A DNA stretch of 64,000 nt, taken from the NCBI GenBank assembly GCA_963820525.1, contig CAWGAA010000001.1, forward strand, positions 3,008,001 through 3,072,000, read 5' to 3'. This DNA is from an uncultured Spirochaetota bacterium (GTDB lineage: Bacteria > Spirochaetota > Spirochaetia > SZUA-6 > Fen-1364). Below are positions 11,067 to 20,947 of this stretch, one piece after another. Within the stretch, counting starts at the first letter, position 1. Each line of letters opens with the position of its first letter. A program made the position numbers and the translations under genes. The notes under the pieces are model-generated. The model was not told the DNA's origin. It saw nothing but the letters and a program-made list of their open reading frames with translations, and made no database searches.

Positions 11067-12509
11067 ATGAAGCCGGCCATCTTGCTATTCGCAACTCTTG
11101 TCTCCATTGTCACCGCTTTTGGGCAGGAGCCCACCGCCACTCTCACACTCGCTCAAGCCGTCGATGCGGCGCTTTCCCAGGGGGCCGACAGCAGGATCCT
11201 GCAGCGAAACCTCGATGTCGCAAGGGAGCAATACCGTCTGAGCGTCTCGCAGAACTCCTTTGCCTTGTCCGGGTCTCTGGGAGAAAGCGGGACCTACGGC
11301 TTTGGCGATGAAACACTGCTATCCGGAAGCTCCCTCGCATCGGGTTTCAACCAGACCCCTCAGGCGGGACTTTCCCTCAACGCGCCCCTGACCAGCATCG
11401 GGGTCAACGTCTCTCCCTACGTGGCTGCCAGCCCCTTGGCCACAGAGTTTTCCAATTTGTTGTCGATCTTATCGCCCGGCCCACCTCCCGCTGCGCCGGG
11501 ACCGATGGGCAATGTCGGCATCAGCGTGAGTCAAACGCTGTGGAACGGCTACCCCGGCGGACCCATCAGGGCGGCGGTTGAGAAGAGCCAGCTCGCGCTC
11601 CGCGGCAGGGAGCTTTCTGTCGAGTCTGGAAAGCTCAACGTCATCTCCGCGGTGACGCAGGCATATTTCGTCATGCTCGGCGCCCAAAGGAATCTGATTG
11701 TCAAGAAACAGATCCTCGAGCAGCAGAACACCCTGCTCTCGCAGATCAGCGCGCTCCAGAGAATAAATCAGGCTACCGCGGTCGACCTGCGCGGCGCCCA
11801 GATCAACGCTCAGAGCGCCGATATAGATGCGCGGAGCGCGGAGAACGACCTTCACATTGCGCGCATCAGGCTGGCGCAGCTCATTGGCTGGCCTCGCGAC
11901 AGGGAGTTCTCCATCACTGAGGAAGAAGACCCGCAGATCCTGGCTGCGAGCGTTGGGGAAGCGGTGGCAGAGGCGATGAAACGAAGGACCGAATTCCTCC
12001 AGATCGAGCTGAACCGGCAGTCTTTAATGATAGATCGAGCCATGATCGAGGGACAGAGGACCCCGACGATCAGCGTGAATGGCGGAGTCACCGTCATCGT
12101 GGACTGGAATAAACTCAATTCGGCGGGGCAGGGCAGCCTGGGCGTCAAGCTCGGGATGCCGATTCTCGACGCCGGAGCCGCGGACCACCAGCTCGAAGCC
12201 AATCGAATCCAGAACGAGGCGTACGGCGTTCAGGAAGACCAGCTTCGCGCGAGCATCGCAACGGACGTCGAAGAAGCGTATGAGCTCGTGCAGATCAGTC
12301 TGCAGAGACTGCAGGTCGCGAGACTCACGGCGGAGAAATACGAGCTCACTTTCAAGCTCAAGAAGACCGAGGCGCAGTACGGCGCAGCGACCACCCAGGA
12401 TCTTTTAAATGCATCGGTGGATACCGCGAACGCGCAATCGGCGGTCGTGCGCGCCCAAAGGGATGCCCAGCTCGCGGTCCTTCAACTGCGCAATGCAATG
12501 GGGTATTAG
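11067..12509 (+). CDS. TolC-family outer-membrane efflux protein
   Basis: Signal peptide, LTLAQAVDAAL, AYF, duplicated helical OEP repeats, G-x-x-T-x-x-D-L-L motif. Confidence 0.88.
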   Translation: MKPAILLFATLVSIVTAFGQEPTATLTLAQAVDAALSQGADSRILQRNLDVAREQYRLSVSQNSFALSGSLGESGTYGFGDETLLSGSSLASGFNQTPQAGLSLNAPLTSIGVNVSPYVAASPLATEFSNLLSILSPGPPPAAPGPMGNVGISVSQTLWNGYPGGPIRAAVEKSQLALRGRELSVESGKLNVISAVTQAYFVMLGAQRNLIVKKQILEQQNTLLSQISALQRINQATAVDLRGAQINAQSADIDARSAENDLHIARIRLAQLIGWPRDREFSITEEEDPQILAASVGEAVAEAMKRRTEFLQIELNRQSLMIDRAMIEGQRTPTISVNGGVTVIVDWNKLNSAGQGSLGVKLGMPILDAGAADHQLEANRIQNEAYGVQEDQLRASIATDVEEAYELVQISLQRLQVARLTAEKYELTFKLKKTEAQYGAATTQDLLNASVDTANAQSAVVRAQRDAQLAVLQLRNAMGY

Positions 12510-12520
12510 GAGACGAGGAT

Positions 12521-13786
12521 ATGAGAGGTATATCGAGAGTGTTTCGCGGAGGAGCGATTGCAGCCGCGCTGGCGCTCCTCATGGTGGGCTGCGCGCCAAG
12601 ACAGAAAGCGGCGGACCCGTCGGCAGGGACGTCCGCTCAAAGCAAGGGCCCGGACCTTGCCGAGATTTCCGTGCAGGCGGTATCGGTGAATGCCGGCGGC
12701 CTAGTCGTCGAACACCAGACCTCGGGCACCGTGAAGCCCGTCATGCAGAGTCAGGTCGCGGGCCAGGTGGGCGGCGTGGTCTTGAGCGTTCTCGCCAAGG
12801 CCGGCGACTGGGTGGACAAGGATGAAGCGGTCATTCAACTCGATGACAGCCAGATGAAGCTTTCCGTGAAGACGGCCCAGGCGGCCCTGGAAACCGCCCG
12901 TATCAATTTGTCCACGGGACAGGACACAACCCAGCAGGCCAACCCCCGGCTGGAGCTTCAACTGCGCTCAGCCGAGTCCGCCCGTTCCGTCGCGCAGAGC
13001 AACTATGATGCCAGGAAGGCTTTGTTCGACCTCGGAGGAGCGACCAGCACGGACGTTGACAAGGCCAAAGGAGACCTGGAGATGGCGCAGGCGAATCTCG
13101 AGGCTGCAAAGACCGCCCTCGACCAGAATCAGAAATCAGACGTTCAAAACATCGCCCAGCTGAAGCTCGCCGTGGAGCAGGCGGACTTCGCGCTCCAGCA
13201 GGCACAACTGAATCTCCAGCATGCGTCGATCAGGGCGCCTTACGCGGGACGGCTGGTTGCCGTCAACGTGATGCCGGGCGAGTTTGTCGGCCAGAACGCG
13301 CCCGCTTTCATCATTGCAAGCCAGGAGCGCGAGGTGGATTTCGCGGTGCCCCCCGCGGACGCGGCAAGCCTTCCCCTTGGCGCTCCTGTGCGCTTCGCTC
13401 TGGGGGGAAAGAGCTATGCCCTTCGCGTGAGCCAGTCGCCGGACGTTCCTCTCGGAGGAGTGGTCGCCCTCGTTGCGGCCGTGCCGGGCTCCCTCCTGCT
13501 CTCCTTCGGAGCGATCGGCACGGTAAGCTACTCCCTGACTTTGGCGCGCGGGATCCTCCTCCCGACAGGCGCCCTTCAGACCAATGAGAATCAGAACTTC
13601 GTATTCGTGGTTGAAGGCGGGAAGGCTCTCGTTCGCAGCATCACGCTCCTCGCCGAAAGCGGGAGCGCGGCCGCGGTGACGGGAGTGAATGCCGGGAGCA
13701 TGGTGGTGGTGAACCCGCCCCCCGGGCTTCTGGACGGATCCGCCGTGAAAGTGCTGCCCCTTGCCGCCCCGGGAGGAAACAAGTGA
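12521..13786 (+). CDS. RND efflux periplasmic adaptor (MFP), lipoprotein
   Basis: Lipobox LMVGC, lipoyl half motifs (VLAKAGDWV; IRAPYAGRL), long coiled coil. Confidence 0.9.
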   Translation: MRGISRVFRGGAIAAALALLMVGCAPRQKAADPSAGTSAQSKGPDLAEISVQAVSVNAGGLVVEHQTSGTVKPVMQSQVAGQVGGVVLSVLAKAGDWVDKDEAVIQLDDSQMKLSVKTAQAALETARINLSTGQDTTQQANPRLELQLRSAESARSVAQSNYDARKALFDLGGATSTDVDKAKGDLEMAQANLEAAKTALDQNQKSDVQNIAQLKLAVEQADFALQQAQLNLQHASIRAPYAGRLVAVNVMPGEFVGQNAPAFIIASQEREVDFAVPPADAASLPLGAPVRFALGGKSYALRVSQSPDVPLGGVVALVAAVPGSLLLSFGAIGTVSYSLTLARGILLPTGALQTNENQNFVFVVEGGKALVRSITLLAESGSAAAVTGVNAGSMVVVNPPPGLLDGSAVKVLPLAAPGGNK

Positions 13787-16700
13787 AGACGACGCGAGAC
13801 CTCCAGACGCGGATTTTCAACAGGATCAACCCCGCGGTCAATTTCTCGGTGACGCGCTACGTGTTCGCCATAGGCGTGTTCGTGGCCATCTTCGCGTTCG
13901 GGCTCATTTCGCTCATCAACCTCGGGGTGGACCTGTTTCCCTCCATCAACTTTCCCTTTGTCGTGGTCACCACGGCCTACCCCGGAGCCTCCCCCAGCGT
14001 GGTGGATCAGCAGGTTACACAGGTGATCGAGAACGCCGTCTCCACTTTGAGCGGGATCACGGACCTCAACTCCGCGAGCTCAACGGGGGCAAGCCAGGTC
14101 ATCATCAGCTTCGAGCAATCCACGGACCAGGCGAGCGATGCAAACCAGGTCGCCTCCCTCGTCTCGGCGGCTTCCCGCAGGCTCCCCCAGGGCGTCAACT
14201 CGCCCATTGTGCAGACGTTCAACCCCTCGTCCCAGCCGATCCTCCAGTTCGGAATCTCGGGAGGGGGGGCCAGCCTCGGGGAGGTGAACACATACGTCAC
14301 CAACGAGCTCACGCCGCTCCTGGAGCGGGTTTCCGGGGTGGCCAACATCCAGGTGGACGGAGGGCCGTCGCGCCAGTTCCAGGTCCTCCTGAACCCGGAC
14401 CGTCTCGCCTCCTACGCTCTCACCCCCCAACAGGTCGTCGGCGCAATCGCGGGATCCGCAATCAACCAGCCGATCGGAACGATCAACAGCCACGACAATG
14501 CCCTCACCTTCGCAACGCAGAACGTCCCCGAGAACACCGAGAACGTCGCCAACACCCTTGTGGATCCCGTCAAGGGGATCCGGGTGGGCGACATTGCCGT
14601 CGTTCGGGACATCCCCATATCGACCAACTATGCGAGGGTGAATGGGAGGCCGGTGGTGCTGGTCTCCATCCAGCAGACCACGACCTCCAATGCGGTTGCC
14701 GTTGTCAGAAACGTGCGCGCGCTTCTCCGCGACACGAAGCTGCCGCAGGGATACGAAATCGGCTTCAGCAACGATACCACCGCCCCGATCCAGGCGTCGC
14801 TCAATTCGACCTACCGCGAAATCATCATCACGGCGATCGTCGTCGCCCTGATCGTCCTTCTCTTTCTGGGCAAGCTCAACACGGCCTTCTCGGTGATCCT
14901 TGCCGTGCCCATCGCTCTTTCGGCTGCGCCGGTCCTCTACAATCTCACCGGCTTCACCCTGAATCTCGTGTCGATGCTCGCCATGATCGTGGCCATCGGC
15001 ATCGTGGTCGACGACTCCATCGTCGTTGCCGAAAACGTCGAGCGCTACCGCGCAATGGGCTTCAGCCAGAGGGAATCCGTGCTCAAGGGGGCAAGCGAGA
15101 TATTCAGCGCAGTTGTGGCCGCAACCCTTTCGCTTCTCTCCGTCCTCATTCCCGTGAGCTTCATCGGCGGCATCATCGGAGATTTCCTGCGGCAGTTCGC
15201 CCTCGGGCTCTCAGCCGCGGTCGCCTTCTCGCTCCTGGAAGCGATCCTCTTTCTCACGGTTCGCCTCGCCTACACCCCGGAGTCCAACCGGACGCTTGAT
15301 TGGCGCGACCTTGCCCAGAGCTTCGGGAAGTTGGGAGAGTCCATGCGCTGGGGCCTGACGGCCTGGAGAAAGGCGGGGGGCATCGTGGTTGGGGCTTTCG
15401 TCATCATCGCCCTTGTCGCGACACGGCATTTCATTTTCCTGCCGGCGATGCTGCTCTACCCCTTCCTCCTGGGCATCCTTCGCTACGTGGGGCTGCTGCT
15501 CTTGAGATTCTTCCAGGCCCTGACCACAACCCTTCACGGCTGGACGGAAGCCGGCCTCGAATGGGTGCGGGAAGGCTACGCGAAATCTCTTGTCGGCCTC
15601 CTGGAGCGCAGCGCCATCGTCCTTATCGCCACGGCGGGCGTGCTCGCCGTCATCGTCGTTCTCGTCCTGCCGAGGATCACCTTCAGCTTCGCGCCCCGAA
15701 GCGACAACGGAACAATCACGGTGAACGTCAGCATGCACAATGGTGCAACTCTGGCCGCGACAAACGCAACGACGGGCGCGCTGGAGAGGTTTCTCCTGCG
15801 GCAGCCCGCCGTGAGAACCGTCCAGACGATCGTGGGGAGCGTCGGTATTTTCACCGTAGGCGTGAACCGGCCCGAGAACACGACCATGGTCGTCCAGCTC
15901 GTTGCGCTTGCGCAGAGAGCGGGGGTCTATGACCTGATGGAGAGATACCAGAAGGAGATGGGAGATCTTCTGCTCCGCGATGATCCATCGGCAACCCTCA
16001 GCCTGAGTGCGGGCGGGGGCCCTCCGGGATCGAACTCGACCATCAGCATGAGCCTTCTTTCTTCGGACCAGGGCCTGCTGCAGGCGAGAAGCGCGAAAAT
16101 CCTCCAGGCCGTGAAGAACCATGCCTTCGTCACCGGGGCGACCTCCAGCCTCTCCAACGTCACCATTGAGCGGGACTTCACCCCGGACGAGTCGCAAATG
16201 GAAGGCACCGGAATAACCCCCGGCACGGTGGCAAGCCTGCTTCAGACTTACACCTCCGGAACCCGCGCAGGAGATGTCCAGATAAGCGGACAGAGCTATC
16301 CCATCGTCGTCCAGGCAGATCCCACGTACCTGGAGGGAGGGCAGTCCCTCCTGAACCTTCCCATCTATTCCGCTGCCCGGCAGTCGAGGCTGCAGGTCGG
16401 CCAGCTGGGAAGCCTCGTCGTGCGGCAGTCCCCCATCAGCATCCTGCGCTACAACCGTCTCTATACGGCGACGCTCTCGATCAACCTGGCTAAAAACGCG
16501 CCGCCCGCCCTCACCTTCCAGAACACGCTCACCGGTGAGCTAACGCGGCAGGGCCTCCTGGACAGCAGGGTAACGATCGGCTCCGGCGGCGTTTTCGGCG
16601 CGAGCACCCTGGCGCGGCAGGTTTCAACATCGGGCACCACCGCGTTCCTGCTTGCCCTCCTGCTCACATACCTGGTGATGGCGGCGCAGTTCAACTCCTG

Positions 16701-17166
16701 GCGCTACCCCATCTATCTGCTCCTGCCGGTCCCCCTGGCCATCGTGGGGGCCCTGCTCTTCGTTGTGCTCCTGGGAGGCGGGCTCGATACCTTCGGGCTC
16801 CTGGGAATGCTCCTGCTCATCGGCCTCTCGGCGAAGAACGCGATCCTGTACCTCGACTTCGTCGTCGAACGTCTGGGCAAGATGCCGCTCAAGGAGGCGC
16901 TCATCGAATCGGCGCGGCTGCGCTTCCGCCCCATCATCATGACCACCCTGACGGTCCTCGTGATTGCAGGCCCGCTGGTGTTCGGCCACGGCCAGGGCTC
17001 CGAGTTCGGCCAGAGGCTCGGCGTGGTCATGTTCGGAGGAATACTCTCTTCGGCCATCCTCACCTTCTTCGTCGTTCCCGCCGCGTTCTTCCTCTTCGAG
17101 CGCAGGCGCGCGGAAAAGCCGGTGGAGCGCGAAGCTGCCGAGGATCGGCAGGCCGTCGAGGCGTGA
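13783..17166 (+). CDS. RND efflux permease (AcrB/AcrD/AcrF family)
   Basis: YPGASP, GIVVDDSIVVAEN, AKNAIL, RFRPIIMTT motifs; 1127 aa. Confidence 0.95.
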   Translation: MKTTRDLQTRIFNRINPAVNFSVTRYVFAIGVFVAIFAFGLISLINLGVDLFPSINFPFVVVTTAYPGASPSVVDQQVTQVIENAVSTLSGITDLNSASSTGASQVIISFEQSTDQASDANQVASLVSAASRRLPQGVNSPIVQTFNPSSQPILQFGISGGGASLGEVNTYVTNELTPLLERVSGVANIQVDGGPSRQFQVLLNPDRLASYALTPQQVVGAIAGSAINQPIGTINSHDNALTFATQNVPENTENVANTLVDPVKGIRVGDIAVVRDIPISTNYARVNGRPVVLVSIQQTTTSNAVAVVRNVRALLRDTKLPQGYEIGFSNDTTAPIQASLNSTYREIIITAIVVALIVLLFLGKLNTAFSVILAVPIALSAAPVLYNLTGFTLNLVSMLAMIVAIGIVVDDSIVVAENVERYRAMGFSQRESVLKGASEIFSAVVAATLSLLSVLIPVSFIGGIIGDFLRQFALGLSAAVAFSLLEAILFLTVRLAYTPESNRTLDWRDLAQSFGKLGESMRWGLTAWRKAGGIVVGAFVIIALVATRHFIFLPAMLLYPFLLGILRYVGLLLLRFFQALTTTLHGWTEAGLEWVREGYAKSLVGLLERSAIVLIATAGVLAVIVVLVLPRITFSFAPRSDNGTITVNVSMHNGATLAATNATTGALERFLLRQPAVRTVQTIVGSVGIFTVGVNRPENTTMVVQLVALAQRAGVYDLMERYQKEMGDLLLRDDPSATLSLSAGGGPPGSNSTISMSLLSSDQGLLQARSAKILQAVKNHAFVTGATSSLSNVTIERDFTPDESQMEGTGITPGTVASLLQTYTSGTRAGDVQISGQSYPIVVQADPTYLEGGQSLLNLPIYSAARQSRLQVGQLGSLVVRQSPISILRYNRLYTATLSINLAKNAPPALTFQNTLTGELTRQGLLDSRVTIGSGGVFGASTLARQVSTSGTTAFLLALLLTYLVMAAQFNSWRYPIYLLLPVPLAIVGALLFVVLLGGGLDTFGLLGMLLLIGLSAKNAILYLDFVVERLGKMPLKEALIESARLRFRPIIMTTLTVLVIAGPLVFGHGQGSEFGQRLGVVMFGGILSSAILTFFVVPAAFFLFERRRAEKPVEREAAEDRQAVEA

Positions 17167-17290
17167 GGTGGAGCCGGAGATGTCGGGGGTTGGGCCGCGA
17201 TCGATGTCGCGACGGCCGCACGGGCCCGGAAGCGTGAGGCGCGACGAAGCTCTGAACCCCGCCGCGCGCGGCCTAAGCCCCAGCGACTGA

Positions 17291-17425
17291 GAGGACGGCG
17301 GGAAGACCTGGACCGAGAGAGATATCGATGCTGGTTTCGGTCCCGTCTATCTCTCCCGTGACGGCAAGTATCTGAGCATCACGAATATGACCCAACAGAG
17401 CGTCACGGTGTTCAGGAAGGGCTGA
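17291..17425 (+). pseudogene. C-terminal remnant of an Asp-box/BNR beta-propeller protein
   Basis: Frame reads EDGGKTWTERDIDAGFGPVYLSRDGKYLSITNMTQQSVTVFRKG*, with a stop codon immediately upstream and no start. Confidence 0.5.
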
Positions 17426-17593
17426 GTCGTTTCGGGGCGGCCGCTGCACGGTGGGCCGCCGCACGCTGCGCTCTGCGGCGCCCGCCCGTTTGATGCCTGA
17501 TGGCAGACGGCGCCGCTGCCTCCCCATTCTCCCCCTTGCGCAAAACATCCTCGATTGACGATACTGTTGTGAATTCCTCAAGGAGGTGAGACC

Positions 17594-17905
17594 ATGAAAG
17601 CCGTTGGCACGCTGGTAGTTTTACTTCTCCTGCTCTCCGTTCTTGTTGGCTGCGCTCCGGGGCCGAACCAACTGGTCAACTCCGCCAATGAAAAGGGGCA
17701 ATTCTCCGGCTTCTGGCAGGGTCTATGGCACGGATTCATCTCACCCGTGACGTTCATCATCTCCCTTTTCTCCAAGAGCGTGCAGGTCTACGAGGTGCAC
17801 AACAATGGAAACTGGTACAACTTCGGATTCCTGCTCGGAGTGATCATCATCTTCGGCGGCGGCGCAGGAGGGTCGGCGGCCAGGCGGTCGAGGCAGGTGC
17901 AGTAA
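17594..17905 (+). CDS. small hypothetical membrane lipoprotein
   Basis: Strong RBS AGGAGGTG, lipobox LVGC, GFWQGLWHG...YEVHNNGNWYNFGF motif. Confidence 0.8.
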   Translation: MKAVGTLVVLLLLLSVLVGCAPGPNQLVNSANEKGQFSGFWQGLWHGFISPVTFIISLFSKSVQVYEVHNNGNWYNFGFLLGVIIIFGGGAGGSAARRSRQVQ

Positions 17906-17997
17906 CAGTCTGAAGGCGGAGTGTACTGGCGGCGGCCGAGGGCAATCGCCGGGATTGAGGCGCAGCGAACTCCCCGCAACGCCCTTTTCGCAAAGGA

Positions 17998-18026
17998 TTG
18001 TCTTCATCGGGCGCGCAATGTAATTT
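17998..18026 (+). promoter_or_regulatory. sigma70-like promoter of the NO reductase gene
   Basis: TTGTCT-17 nt-TAATTT. Confidence 0.45.
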
Positions 18027-18097
18027 CTCAGGTGATAGGCAAACCTTTGTCCGGCCGCTGCTTGAATTGGCTGGAGAGTTAAAAAAAGGAGAGGGAA

Positions 18098-20368
18098 ATG
18101 AAGAAGTCGGCAGGTCCGCGCAAAGTTCGGGAAACCGAGAGATTCTCTCCCTGGTGGCGCTACGGGGTGTTGATTGTGTTCGTTGTCGGTTTCGGCACTC
18201 TCATCTGGGTCTCCGCAACCGCCTACAAGACAAGCCCCCCCATTCCGGAACAGATCCTCGACCCGAGCGGCGTCGTTGTTTTCACGGGTGAGGACATCCG
18301 CTCCGGGCAGGAGGTGTTTCTCAAACACGGTCTCATGGATAACGGGACTCTCTGGGGCCATGGGAGCTACCTCGGCCCCGATTTCTCCGCCACGTATCTG
18401 CACAACCTCGTGTTGGAAACAAGAAGCGCTTTGGCGATGCAGAGCGGAGGAGGCGCCGGCCTCTCACTGGATGAATCTACGGGCCGACTCCTTTCGGAGA
18501 ACCGTTATGACGGCCAGACTCATTCGCTTCGCTTCACGCGCATTGAAACAGATTCGTACCAGAAACAGCAGGGATGGTGGAAGAGCTTCTTCGCTTCCTC
18601 TGAAAGCACCCGAGGGCTTCTTCCCGGAGCCATCAGCGACGACCAGGAGATCAGGCAATTGACGGCCTTCTTCGCCTGGGCGGCGTGGGCTTCTGCCGCC
18701 CATGTGCCGGGCCGCGATTATTCCTATACGATCAACTTCCCCTTCGATCCTCAAGCCGACAACAATCCCGCGGGGGATTCTCTTCTGTGGAGCGCCCTTG
18801 CCCTCGTGGCGCTCCTGGCCGGAACGGCCGCCGTCCTGTTCGCCTTCGGGAGGTTCGACTATCTGGGCTGGCACGGCGACAAGGCCGCCCCGGTCTCTTT
18901 CGTCATGCCGCAGGGCGTCAGTCCCAGCCAGAGGTCCACGCTGAAGTATTTCGTCATCGTCCTGCTCCTCCTCATGGCCCAGGTCCTGGTGGGGGGGGCG
19001 GTCTCCCATTTCAGGGCCGACCCGAAGAGCTTCTACGGGATCGACCTGGCATCCCTTCTCCCCTCCAACCTGCTTCGCACCTGGCATCTTCAGACCGCCA
19101 TCTTCTGGATCGCAACCGCTTATGTGGCCGGCGGCCTCTTCCTTGCTTCCCTCATCGGCAAGAAAGAGCCCAAGGGGCAGACCACCCTCAGCCACGTTCT
19201 CTTCGGCGCCCTTTTCGTGGTCGTGGCCGGAAGCCTTTTGGGCGAGCTTCTGAGCGTTCGGCAGCTCCTGGGAAAGCTCTGGTTCTGGTTCGGGCACCAG
19301 GGCTGGGAGTATCTGGAGCTGGGCCGCGCCTGGCAGTACGCCATGGCGCTGGGACTCATTCTGTGGGTGTTCATGCTCCTGCGGGGCGTGGGAAAGGGGC
19401 TGTCCAAACCGGGGCAGAAGGAGCTCAACCGGCTCTTCCTCGTGGCGGCCCTTGCGATCCCGCTGTTTTACATTCCCGCGTTCTTTTTCAATGGTCGAAC
19501 GAACTATACCGTGGTCGACACCTGGCGGTTCTGGATCATTCACCTCTGGGTCGAGGGGTTCTTCGAGCTCTTCGCCACGACGATGGTGGCCGTTCTGTTC
19601 TTCAACCTCGGCATGGTGAGCGAGCGCACTGCCAAGCGCGTGATCTACCTCGACGCCATCCTCTTCCTGGGCGCCGGCATCATCGGCACCGGGCACCACT
19701 GGTACTGGACCGGTCAGACCACGATCTCAATGGCCCTTTCAGCCGTGTTCTCTTCCATGGAGGTGATTCCCCTCATCCTGCTGACGCTGGATGCCACGGC
19801 CTTCATCAACCTGACGCGGGGATCCACCGAGGCGTCGAAGAGGAAGGATTACCTGCCCCACCGCTGGGCATTCTATTTCCTCATTTCCGTGGGCGTGTGG
19901 AATTTCATCGGCGCCGGCGTCTTCGGGTTCCTCATCAACCTGCCCATCGTGAGCTACTACGAGGTGGGCACGAACCTCACGCCGAATCACGGGCACGCGG
20001 CCCTCATGGGCGTTTTCGGCATGCTTGCCCTCGCGTTCGTGGTTTTCGGCCTGCGTCAGGCCTCCGATGAGAAACACTGGAAGCGCATCGAAAGCTACAT
20101 CCGGGTGTCCTGGTTCGGGCTCAATATCGGGCTGGGGGGAATGGTGGTCTTGAGCCTGTTTCCCGTGGGCATCCTCCAGATCATGGACGTTATGCGAAAC
20201 GGCTATTGGCATGCGCGCTCGGCCGCGTTCATGGATCAGCCGATCATACGGACCCTGGAATGGCTGCGGCTCCCCGCTGACCTCACCTTCATCCTTGTGG
20301 GAGTGCTGCCCCTGTTGATTGCAACGGTCTGGACCTATTTCAAGGAGAGAAAACCCGCGGTTTCCTGA
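18098..20368 (+). CDS. norB: quinol-dependent nitric oxide reductase (qNor, single subunit)
   Basis: 756 aa; WGHGSYLGPDF N-terminal domain, RTWHLQ, HLWVEGFFE, GTGHHWYW and NHGHAA heme/FeB ligands. Confidence 0.95.
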   Translation: MKKSAGPRKVRETERFSPWWRYGVLIVFVVGFGTLIWVSATAYKTSPPIPEQILDPSGVVVFTGEDIRSGQEVFLKHGLMDNGTLWGHGSYLGPDFSATYLHNLVLETRSALAMQSGGGAGLSLDESTGRLLSENRYDGQTHSLRFTRIETDSYQKQQGWWKSFFASSESTRGLLPGAISDDQEIRQLTAFFAWAAWASAAHVPGRDYSYTINFPFDPQADNNPAGDSLLWSALALVALLAGTAAVLFAFGRFDYLGWHGDKAAPVSFVMPQGVSPSQRSTLKYFVIVLLLLMAQVLVGGAVSHFRADPKSFYGIDLASLLPSNLLRTWHLQTAIFWIATAYVAGGLFLASLIGKKEPKGQTTLSHVLFGALFVVVAGSLLGELLSVRQLLGKLWFWFGHQGWEYLELGRAWQYAMALGLILWVFMLLRGVGKGLSKPGQKELNRLFLVAALAIPLFYIPAFFFNGRTNYTVVDTWRFWIIHLWVEGFFELFATTMVAVLFFNLGMVSERTAKRVIYLDAILFLGAGIIGTGHHWYWTGQTTISMALSAVFSSMEVIPLILLTLDATAFINLTRGSTEASKRKDYLPHRWAFYFLISVGVWNFIGAGVFGFLINLPIVSYYEVGTNLTPNHGHAALMGVFGMLALAFVVFGLRQASDEKHWKRIESYIRVSWFGLNIGLGGMVVLSLFPVGILQIMDVMRNGYWHARSAAFMDQPIIRTLEWLRLPADLTFILVGVLPLLIATVWTYFKERKPAVS

Positions 20369-20448
20369 GAAGGAAAGAGAGGGGGGCGCTTCGCAGTGGC
20401 CGCCCGAAATCCGCCCTCTTCTCGTGCGCCGCCAGGGCCTGATGAAAG

Positions 20449-20817
20449 CTACACGATCACTGCCCAGCGTCCCACCGCGGCGAACACGGCAAGCCCCAGA
20501 AGAACCGCGTTCATCGGAAGGGCGTTGTACTCCTTGCGCGGAACGTGGACCGCGGCGACGGCAAGCACCTGGATCACGGCGAGCCCGATCGCGGCAAGCG
20601 GAGTGAGCCAGGGCAGGATGCCCGTGAGCAGGGGAAGCACGATCCCCAGGGCGCCCGCGAGCTCCGCGGCGCCGACGAATTTCACGTAGCCCGCGGAGCT
20701 GTCCTTGGCCCAGGGGAGCTGCTGCTGCGCCCGATTGGTCATGAAAAGCTTCAATACCCCGGCGGCTCCATAGAAGACGGCAAGCGCCCCCTGGACAACC
20801 CACAAAGCAATGTTCAT
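20449..20817 (-). CDS. DoxX-family membrane protein
   Basis: ALWVVQ, G-x-x-K, ELAGALGIVLP...LTPLAAIGL, H-x-x-RKE. Confidence 0.88.
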   Translation of the reverse strand: MNIALWVVQGALAVFYGAAGVLKLFMTNRAQQQLPWAKDSSAGYVKFVGAAELAGALGIVLPLLTGILPWLTPLAAIGLAVIQVLAVAAVHVPRKEYNALPMNAVLLGLAVFAAVGRWAVIV

Positions 20818-20862
20818 TTTGACCCTCCTTGCAGTCGGCAGTATAATTACTACAAGCGATGC

Positions 20863-20884
20863 TTAAACAACATCTGTTGCTTAA
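20863..20884. promoter_or_regulatory. probable TetR operator
   Basis: TTAAACAACA-TC-TGTTGCTTAA inverted repeat (9/10) between the divergent doxX and tetR genes. Confidence 0.7.
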
Positions 20885-20947
20885 TTTAGGCACGGGGAAA
20901 ATCGAAGTCAAATTCCTTCGACCCGGGGCCCGTCACGGAGAGGAGCC

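Noticed and set aside
18030..18097. c-di-GMP-I riboswitch before qNor (GGCAAACC)
   Set aside because: The downstream GAAA stem and GACGCAAAG element are missing.
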